DNA of 64,000 nucleotides, taken from contig JBFWNL010000011.1 in the NCBI GenBank assembly GCA_050251055.1, positions 1-64,000 of the forward strand, given 5' to 3'. A program made the position numbers and the translations under genes. Source of the DNA: Bacteriovoracia bacterium (GTDB taxonomy: Bacteria; Bdellovibrionota; UBA1018; JBFWNL01). This document shows positions 57,428-64,000 of this stretch, piece after piece. Below the pieces are notes generated by a model. The model was not told the origin of the DNA, made no database searches, and worked only from the letters and a program-made list of their open reading frames with translations. Position 1 is the first letter of the stretch; each line of letters starts with the position of its first letter.

Positions 57428-58360
57428 TCAGAACGAAAAGGAAATGCCGCCGTCGAGATAGACGCCAGAGAGATTGATGGGGATTGGGACGTAATCGGCG
57501 TCCACATCCCCACCCTGCCGGAAAATCTGGTTGCCGTTGCCCTCCACGGTGGGCGTCAAATTTTTGGTTTTAAGGATCCGGTACCCACCGCCCAGAAAAA
57601 TCGCGAAGTTATCCGAGATCGACCAGGCGACATGGGTGTGCAAAAGCGCCGTGAAGGTCGAAGCCGTCAGTAACGTCTGGTTGGGCTCGGTCGCGTTCTC
57701 CACGGTCGCCAGTAGCTCCGTATTGAAAGCCAGGCCCCCGAATCCAGAAAACTCCCAGGCCCAATTTCGGGCAATGGGCAGGCGGGCCCCGACTCCGAGC
57801 ATGATGGGAACGGACGAGACGTCCATTTTATAAATCGTCCCGGCACTGTCGTCGTCCTCCACCCGTTCGGTGTGCCGAAGCAGGTCCGCGCGCAGTCCGA
57901 TAAAGACGTTCGAACTGATGAACAGATCACCTTCCAGCCCGAAGTGGAAAGCCGCGGTGATCGGAAATCCGGTGAGATCGGAAAATTCCTGCAGTTTGTA
58001 GAAATCCAGGCCCATATGAAAGAGGAAGTTCAGCGACTTTTCGGGCGGCCGACCCGTGGTTACGGACGTACCCGCCGACTGCGCGCGCGGCAGGGAGGTT
58101 TCCCCACGGGGCATGACTTTGCGTTCGGGCACCTTCACGTCGGTGACCCGCACCCAACCTAGCTTCCCGCGGGGGGTTTTGATTTTAAAGAAACCTTGGG
58201 TAGCCGTATTACTTGCGGTTACCTTCGCGTCGCGCGGGAGCCGATCCGTAATGCGGGCACTGGCGTTGGGTTTTTCAAAAACGGGGGTGAGCGGCTCAAG
58301 CACCCTCACGATCTGCGAAGCGGAGGCCGACAGGCTAAGCAAAAGCCATAGCCATATCAC
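57428..58360 (-). CDS. SH3-like domain plus outer-membrane beta-barrel
   Basis: GTG start overlapping upstream stop (GTGA); PVFEKPNASA...GFFKI...GKLGWV; C-terminal GGISFSF. Confidence 0.75.
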   Translation of the reverse strand: MIWLWLLLSLSASASQIVRVLEPLTPVFEKPNASARITDRLPRDAKVTASNTATQGFFKIKTPRGKLGWVRVTDVKVPERKVMPRGETSLPRAQSAGTSVTTGRPPEKSLNFLFHMGLDFYKLQEFSDLTGFPITAAFHFGLEGDLFISSNVFIGLRADLLRHTERVEDDDSAGTIYKMDVSSVPIMLGVGARLPIARNWAWEFSGFGGLAFNTELLATVENATEPNQTLLTASTFTALLHTHVAWSISDNFAIFLGGGYRILKTKNLTPTVEGNGNQIFRQGGDVDADYVPIPINLSGVYLDGGISFSF

Positions 58361-59355
58361 CGATAGAGCCTCGTCAGTTCCCGCGGGTTCACCTTCACGT
58401 TGTGAATGATGGCGCTCCAATGCAAATGCGGACCATTCGCCCGTCCCGTCATGCCCGCCAAGCCCAACACCCGCCCGGCGCGCACGGCATCTCCGGTGGC
58501 CACCTTGAGCGCGCTTAAATGAGCGTAAAGCGTCAGCAAGCCGTAGCCATGATCCAGGATCACCGTGTAACCCGTGTAGTAAAGATCCTTCGCCAGGACG
58601 ACTTTACCGTAAGCCGGTGCGCGAATCGGGTCGCCGGTTTTAGCCCGCAGGTCGAGCCCCTGGTGGGCGCTCTTGAGCTCCCCGTTGTACACCCGCCGGG
58701 CGCCGTACTTGCTCGTGACCTTGCCCGGTACGGGCATGCGGAAGTTCCCCGACCATTGCTTCTCGGGGGTATTCAACGCGTATAAAGCGCGGATCTCCTC
58801 CATTTCCGCCTGAATGCGCGCCTGGGCTTCCGGCGGGGGATTCACTTTCGAAGGAGGTACCTTGAGCGTCTCCGAGGGATAGTCGCCCGGGGTAACCTTG
58901 AATTCGAGTTCGCTCCGGGCCAACACGTTTTTGCCGATAGGGTCCATGGCGCGGATTTCGAGCCGGCTCGGTCCCGGCGGATGATCGTAGGGAATCCCGA
59001 AGACGACACCAAACACGCCGGGCTGCGCCGGCCCATGCGGGAAACAGGGAAACTCGCGTCCTTCATAGCTTACGCTCACGTTGGGCGCGCGCTCGGCGAG
59101 CTCGGGAGCCAACTCCACCCGCAGCAGGAGCGCTCCCGCGTCCTGCACTTCTCCGCGCGAAAGCGTCGCGTTCACCGCGGCGTCGCGAATGAGGGGAGCG
59201 AGGTTCTTGATTTTCGTGCCGGGCACATCCACCGGCGGGGCATCGGGCGACGCCAGGTCGACCGACGACGACGGGGGCGGCGTCGCGCAGCCCGCGCCAA
59301 TCCCCCACGTTCCGATCACCGCTAAAATGAACCTACTTTGCTTCCACTTGGGCAT
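58357..59355 (-). CDS. M23 family metallopeptidase lipoprotein
   Basis: Lipobox GAGC; HQGLD, YAHLS, GPHLHW; start MPKWK (or ATG 59361). Confidence 0.9.
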   Translation of the reverse strand: MPKWKQSRFILAVIGTWGIGAGCATPPPSSSVDLASPDAPPVDVPGTKIKNLAPLIRDAAVNATLSRGEVQDAGALLLRVELAPELAERAPNVSVSYEGREFPCFPHGPAQPGVFGVVFGIPYDHPPGPSRLEIRAMDPIGKNVLARSELEFKVTPGDYPSETLKVPPSKVNPPPEAQARIQAEMEEIRALYALNTPEKQWSGNFRMPVPGKVTSKYGARRVYNGELKSAHQGLDLRAKTGDPIRAPAYGKVVLAKDLYYTGYTVILDHGYGLLTLYAHLSALKVATGDAVRAGRVLGLAGMTGRANGPHLHWSAIIHNVKVNPRELTRLYR

Positions 59356-60520
59356 CGCCATCCTTAAAGGTAACCCGGTAGCGGGTTCCCGGCTGCAACT
59401 GCGTTCGAGTTCGAATAATCGCGCCTCCGTCCACGGAGCGCACCAAGGAAAAACCCCGATCCAAAACCCGCAGGGGCGAAAGCGCGTCGAGCTGGGCGGT
59501 GGCACGCTCGAAACGCGCGCGTTTTTTCTCGAGCTGAAAGCGCGCCGCCTTGTCGAGCCGCGCCCGCACCTCCGTGAAAACTCGGGATTGCTGACCGAGT
59601 TTTTCGCGCGGGCTTACCACGCGGGCCGCTAGGTGATCCAATACCTCCTGACGCAACTCCAACGAGCGGCGGGCCTGTTCGCTGAGCCGCGCGCGGAACT
59701 CCGCTAAACGGTCCGCAAACCCCACCCAGTCGGCCGAGATCAGTTCGGCGGCGGCCGACGGCGTCGGGGCCCGTAAGTCGGCGACAAAATCGGAAATCGT
59801 GAAATCCACTTCATGGCCGACGGCCGAGATCACCGGCAGGCGCGACGCGACGATCTGACGGGCAAGACGTTCCGAATTAAAGCACCAAAGATCTTCTAGG
59901 CTACCACCGCCGCGGGCGAGGATCACCGCTTCGCCGATCCCGTGGCGGTTGACCGTCTCCAATGCGCGGACCAGCTGGGGTTCGGCCCCTTCCCCCTGGA
60001 CGACGGCCGGCACGATCGTCACCCGCAGTTGGGGAGCCCGCCGCCCCAAGATATTCAAAATGTCCTGCACCGCCGCGCCCGTCGGCGAAGTAATGATCGA
60101 GACGTGACGGGGGTACCGTGGTAGCGCCCGCTTGCGGCCGGCTTCAAAAAGCCCTTCGGCGAGCAACCGTGCCTTGAGCTGCTCGAAAGCGATCTGCAAT
60201 GCGCCCGCCCCGAGCGGCTCTAGCTTATCCACCACCAGCTGGTAGGTGCCGCGCGGGGGATAAACGCCGATCTTGCCGGAACACAATACCTCCTGGCCGT
60301 CCTTCAAATCAAATTTGATTCCCCGCATACCGCCGAAGAGCGCCGCGGAAATTGAGGCCTGGGCGTCTTTCAGCGAAAAGTAGAGATGGCCGGAGGCCGC
60401 GGGTCGGAAGTTACTAACCTCCCCCCGTATCCACACGCGCTTGAACGGCGGTTCCAGCACGCCGCGGATGCGGGCGGTGAGCTCCGAGACGCTCCAGTAG
60501 GCGGGATTGCTTTCCATCAC
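59333..60520 (-). CDS. xseA: Exodeoxyribonuclease VII large subunit
   Basis: GEVSN...SGHLYFSLKD, RGGGSLEDLWCFN, AVGHEVD, APTPSAAAE. Confidence 0.97.
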   Translation of the reverse strand: MMESNPAYWSVSELTARIRGVLEPPFKRVWIRGEVSNFRPAASGHLYFSLKDAQASISAALFGGMRGIKFDLKDGQEVLCSGKIGVYPPRGTYQLVVDKLEPLGAGALQIAFEQLKARLLAEGLFEAGRKRALPRYPRHVSIITSPTGAAVQDILNILGRRAPQLRVTIVPAVVQGEGAEPQLVRALETVNRHGIGEAVILARGGGSLEDLWCFNSERLARQIVASRLPVISAVGHEVDFTISDFVADLRAPTPSAAAELISADWVGFADRLAEFRARLSEQARRSLELRQEVLDHLAARVVSPREKLGQQSRVFTEVRARLDKAARFQLEKKRARFERATAQLDALSPLRVLDRGFSLVRSVDGGAIIRTRTQLQPGTRYRVTFKDGDAQVEAK

Positions 60521-60521
60521 G

Positions 60522-62018
60522 CTAAAGCGCCAGGGTTATGGCCGCGTCCGAATGCAGCCGGGGATCCTGGCGAATTATTGGCGCGGCGCTCGCTTCTTTC
60601 TTGGTGTCGAATTTATTGAATAGCTCGTGTGAGCGCAAATAGTTCAACGCCTCGCGGACCTGGTAATCCTCGCGGGGATCTTGCTTGAGTGCGGCCACGG
60701 ACTCGTCGTCGTCTTCGGCCTTTGCCGACGACGCGGGTTTCTTGCCCGTGCCGACCATCGCATCCATTTCGTCTTTAGAGTACTCGCCCTTCTCGGGTTC
60801 CGCGTCGGACGGCTGGATGTGCCCCGGAAGGTCGCGCTCCCGCATGGAGTCGCTCTTCACGCGTGCCTTGGCCAGGAGCTTGGGGTTGTACTGGTCGAGC
60901 AGGATATCCGGGGTCACGCCTTTCTCCTGGATGCTGGTCCCGTTCGGCGTGTAAAAACGGGCGATCGTCAGCTTCAGTCCCATCGTCTCCCCGAGCTCGA
61001 TCACCTGCTGCACGGACCCTTTGCCGAAAGTGCGCTCGCCCATGACGACGGCCCGGCGATGATCCTGCAGCGCTCCGGCGACAATCTCCGCCGCCGAAGC
61101 CGTGCTGGAGTTGACGAGAATCGCGAGCGAAAAATCTTTTCGCGCTTTTCCACGAGCGGCATGCTTCACTTCTTTCTGGTCGCGATTCCGGCCAATGGTG
61201 GAAACCACGACGCCATCGTCAATAAAAAGGGAAGAAACGTCGACCGCCTGGTCGAGCAGTCCCCCGGGGTTCGTACGGAGATCGAATACCAGGCCCCGGA
61301 GCTTGCTCTTCTTCTCCAGGTTTTCAATGGCGGCACGCACGTCCTTGCCCGCGGTTTCGTTGAAATTCGTCAGCCGGATATAACCGTACCCCTTATCCAG
61401 CTCAGCCAGCTTCACGGACTGGAGCTTGATCACGGCGCGGGTAACCCGAAACTCCTTCGGGACGTCAAAGCCCTTCCGGTAAACGGTGATGAGGACATCA
61501 CTGCCCTTCTTGCCGCGCATCTTCGCCACCGCTTCCACGAGGTTCATCCCCTTGGTGCTGTCGCCGTTGATTTTCACGATGCGGTCACCCGGCATCAGGC
61601 CCGCTTTCCATGCCGGCGTATCTTCGATGGGCGCGACGATGGTGAGCACGTTGTCCCGCATGCCTATCTCGATGCCTAAGCCGCCGAACTGGCCGCTGGT
61701 ATCAATCTTCATGTCCTTAAAGACCTCGGGAGGCAGGAAGTTGGAGTGAGGATCCAGCGTGGCCAGCATCCCTTTGATCGCGCCATAAACAAGGTCGGTG
61801 TTCTTCACGCCATCGACATAGTGGTCTTCCACGAAATGCAGGACCTTCTGAAAGAGCTCCAGATTCTGATAACGCTCTTTCTGGATGGCGGTGGGCACGG
61901 CGGGTTCCGGCGCGGCGTCTTTTATAGCCGGGGGAGCGGCTGACCCGGGGATGGATCCCAGGGCCGTCGTGAGGATCGTGAAGCTAAGAAAAAACCGCGT
62001 TTTTTTAGGGAAGCTCAT
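60522..62018 (-). CDS. ctpA: S41 C-terminal processing protease
   Basis: LDPHS, PDZ GGLGIEI, DLRTNPGGLL, ASAAEIVAGALQD, TFGKGSVQ. Confidence 0.95.
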   Translation of the reverse strand: MSFPKKTRFFLSFTILTTALGSIPGSAAPPAIKDAAPEPAVPTAIQKERYQNLELFQKVLHFVEDHYVDGVKNTDLVYGAIKGMLATLDPHSNFLPPEVFKDMKIDTSGQFGGLGIEIGMRDNVLTIVAPIEDTPAWKAGLMPGDRIVKINGDSTKGMNLVEAVAKMRGKKGSDVLITVYRKGFDVPKEFRVTRAVIKLQSVKLAELDKGYGYIRLTNFNETAGKDVRAAIENLEKKSKLRGLVFDLRTNPGGLLDQAVDVSSLFIDDGVVVSTIGRNRDQKEVKHAARGKARKDFSLAILVNSSTASAAEIVAGALQDHRRAVVMGERTFGKGSVQQVIELGETMGLKLTIARFYTPNGTSIQEKGVTPDILLDQYNPKLLAKARVKSDSMRERDLPGHIQPSDAEPEKGEYSKDEMDAMVGTGKKPASSAKAEDDDESVAALKQDPREDYQVREALNYLRSHELFNKFDTKKEASAAPIIRQDPRLHSDAAITLAL

Positions 62019-62032
62019 AGAAAAAAGTTAAA

Positions 62033-63232
62033 CTAAATGCGGACCCACTGCAACGGATTCACCGCCACGTTGCGCGCGCGCACTTCAAAATATATAGGCT
62101 GACCATTGCCATCAGCTATGCCCAATTCGTCGCCTTGGGCAATAACGTCACCCACCTGGCGCTTCATCTCGCCCAGCCGGCCACATAGCGAATAGTAGTG
62201 ATCGCCGTGATCCAAAATGACCACATTGTCGTAGCCAGGAAGCTTCCCGGCAAAAACTACCTTGCCGGAGAAAATAGCCTTCACCGACGACTTGGGCGCC
62301 GCCTCGATGTCGACCCCCTTTTTAAACACGGTGAGTTTCGATTGAGCGTCGACCACCCGTCCGAACCCGGTGAGCACCCGGCCGGCGAGCGGCAGGGGAA
62401 GCTTTCCTTTCGCCTTCACGAACTCCCCTCCGTGCATGTCGCGCGAGATCGCGCGTTCGGCTTCGGCGACGCGCTCGAACTCCACCCGCGCGTTGAATTG
62501 GCTCATGAGACCCTCGACCTGGGCTTCCGATTCCTTGAGCCGATGGTAGCTGCGCAGCTGCGCGATGCGCTCCGAGTACTTCGTGCGGATCGTCTCGAGC
62601 TGAAGCTCGCGGTGGAACTTGAGCAGGCCTTGCTGTTCCTGCAGGTCGTGGCTCAGGTTCGCCAACTGCTGACGTTCCTCTTGAATGCGATTCTGCAGGC
62701 CTTCGGCATCCGAGAGATCGGCGCGCAGGCTCTCGAGCTCGCTTACATGAATATCCACTAGCCCGGCGAGCGCCCGGCGATAAGGGGCCTCACGCCGCGC
62801 CTCCTCCGCGAAGTCGGGTGAGGCTGGCAGCGCCTTCGGCTCCCGCCGTCGCGAGCGCGACAGGTCCACGAGGAAGCCACGAATCGCCGTTTGTTTCTCG
62901 CCGATCTTCTCGAGCACCTGATTGCGACGAGTCTCGAGCTCGAGGATATAAGATTCCAGGCGCGCGGTTTTAGCCTGTACGAGCTCCATTTCCTGCTTTT
63001 GTAGCGCGAGGAGCTCGCGAATGCGTTGCACTTTTTGCTGGGCGGCCTTTTGGTCTTGGTCGCTCTGCAGGAGTTCTTTCTGGGCCGCGAGCACGCGGCG
63101 GTGGATCATCTCCAAGGAGGCCGGAGGCTTTGCCGACGGCAGGGTTTGCTTGGGCGGCACCGGGGCGGCGACCGCGTATCCCGCGAACGGCGCCCATGCG
63201 CAGACCAAGGCTAGAACCGCTCGCCTAACCAT
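62033..63232 (-). CDS. envC: Murein hydrolase activator EnvC-like (coiled coil plus degenerate M23)
   Basis: Long coiled coil; KKGVDI and YFEVR...VNP lacking Zn ligands; between ftsX and ctpA. Confidence 0.85.
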   Translation of the reverse strand: MVRRAVLALVCAWAPFAGYAVAAPVPPKQTLPSAKPPASLEMIHRRVLAAQKELLQSDQDQKAAQQKVQRIRELLALQKQEMELVQAKTARLESYILELETRRNQVLEKIGEKQTAIRGFLVDLSRSRRREPKALPASPDFAEEARREAPYRRALAGLVDIHVSELESLRADLSDAEGLQNRIQEERQQLANLSHDLQEQQGLLKFHRELQLETIRTKYSERIAQLRSYHRLKESEAQVEGLMSQFNARVEFERVAEAERAISRDMHGGEFVKAKGKLPLPLAGRVLTGFGRVVDAQSKLTVFKKGVDIEAAPKSSVKAIFSGKVVFAGKLPGYDNVVILDHGDHYYSLCGRLGEMKRQVGDVIAQGDELGIADGNGQPIYFEVRARNVAVNPLQWVRI

Positions 63233-64000
63233 GGCGCCGGAAGCTTCCCTTCCCGACCCGCCCGTCCAAGCGCAGACAACTCGCCGCGGCCGTGCCCAAT
63301 CCCGCGACCATCCCCACCGACACCAAGAGCAGGGAAATCCAGCCGGTGGAACCGAGTGCGCGCACTTCCGCGAGCATGGGGGAAAGCGAAGCCACGGCCG
63401 GGGTGAGCAACCAGACTCCCGTCTGCCATAACCCCAACGCGATCAATCCCGCCGCGCCGCCCGCCAGAAGACCGCTCAGAAGTGCCGGTGCATGCACGCT
63501 CCAACCGTCTGCGCCCCAAAGCCGCATCAAGCTCGCGACTTCCGCGTGAATACCGGCGCTTAGGCGCGAAGCATGGAACATCCCGCTCAAAAGCGCTAAA
63601 CAAAGGCCGATGGCCAACCCAATCGCACCCCAACGCAGTCCCCGATAAGCTCCCACCACGTGGCGATAGCGATCGCGCGAGCTCTCGGCCTGCTCAATAC
63701 CCGGCAATGCCCGCACTTTCGCGAGTACGCCGCTTCCGCTGGCCTGGGCGGAGACCGGAAAAACGCCCGCGATCGAAACGTAGCGCGGTACCACGCGCGG
63801 CATGTCCGCCCCCAGGTGCAAGATCTCTTGGTGCATCTCCGGATCCGTCTCGGCGAGTTCCTTCAGGAACGCAGAAGTACCCACGAGCTGGATATCGGCC
63901 GCGCCCACTGCCACGCGAATCGTGTCGACTAGCTTTCCTTCATCGGCCGGATCCAGGGTGGGCGCGACGTAGGCCGTGATGACCTGTTCATGCTCCAGCC
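63225..64000 (-). CDS. ftsX: FtsX-like permease, 5' end outside window
   Basis: Frame open to window edge (EQVITAYV); MRLWGA motif and C-terminal TMs; upstream of envC. Confidence 0.75.
   Translation of the reverse strand, partial: LEHEQVITAYVAPTLDPADEGKLVDTIRVAVGAADIQLVGTSAFLKELAETDPEMHQEILHLGADMPRVVPRYVSIAGVFPVSAQASGSGVLAKVRALPGIEQAESSRDRYRHVVGAYRGLRWGAIGLAIGLCLALLSGMFHASRLSAGIHAEVASLMRLWGADGWSVHAPALLSGLLAGGAAGLIALGLWQTGVWLLTPAVASLSPMLAEVRALGSTGWISLLLVSVGMVAGLGTAAASCLRLDGRVGKGSFRRHG

Noticed and set aside
59333-60520. xseA without adjacent xseB
   Set aside because: The two genes are often unlinked
62033-62340. M23 domain missing zinc ligands as a pseudogene
   Set aside because: Normal for EnvC activators

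Overview
GC-rich bacterial chromosomal segment with very AT-rich promoter spacers. Gene content (TIGR02147/DUF4423 protein, Agl-Glt gliding cluster, stand-alone pilin-like genes) suggests a Bdellovibrionota-like predator; this is inference, as no marker gene is present. Left to right: (1) 5'-truncated poly-HAMP hybrid histidine kinase and a REC-PAS kinase; (2) beta-propeller lipoprotein and tRNA-Thr(CGT) among several hairpins; (3) accessory block of secreted/lipoprotein orphans, an AT-hook-bearing TIGR02147 protein, a pilin-like gene and an 8-Cys secreted peptide; (4) a phosphorelay (CHASE3-PAS-PAS hybrid kinase, OmpR-type regulator, Hpt, two REC-PilZ-like proteins); (5) surface genes (type IV pilin, FG-GAP/Ig adhesin, beta-barrel, ECF sigma/anti-sigma/DUF3106, Gly-rich lipoprotein, pilin-like); (6) PafA-like phosphatase plus three coupled GT-C glycosyltransferases, one a PIG-B/GT22 homologue; (7) sucA-sucB-lpdA and a REC-TPR regulator; (8) an Agl-Glt motor cluster ending in a GYF/PilZ-like gene; (9) minus-strand ftsX-envC-ctpA-xseA-M23-SH3/barrel genes and a degenerate nucleotidyltransferase. 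Strongest candidates for new biology: the phosphatase + triple GT-C envelope glycosylation locus, a shared TGAC-N8-TCAA motif upstream of four genes around the TIGR02147 gene, a defensin-like peptide, and an inverted repeat overlapping the tRNA 3' end. No CRISPR array, integrase or transposase was seen. All calls come from reading motifs by eye; no searches were run.
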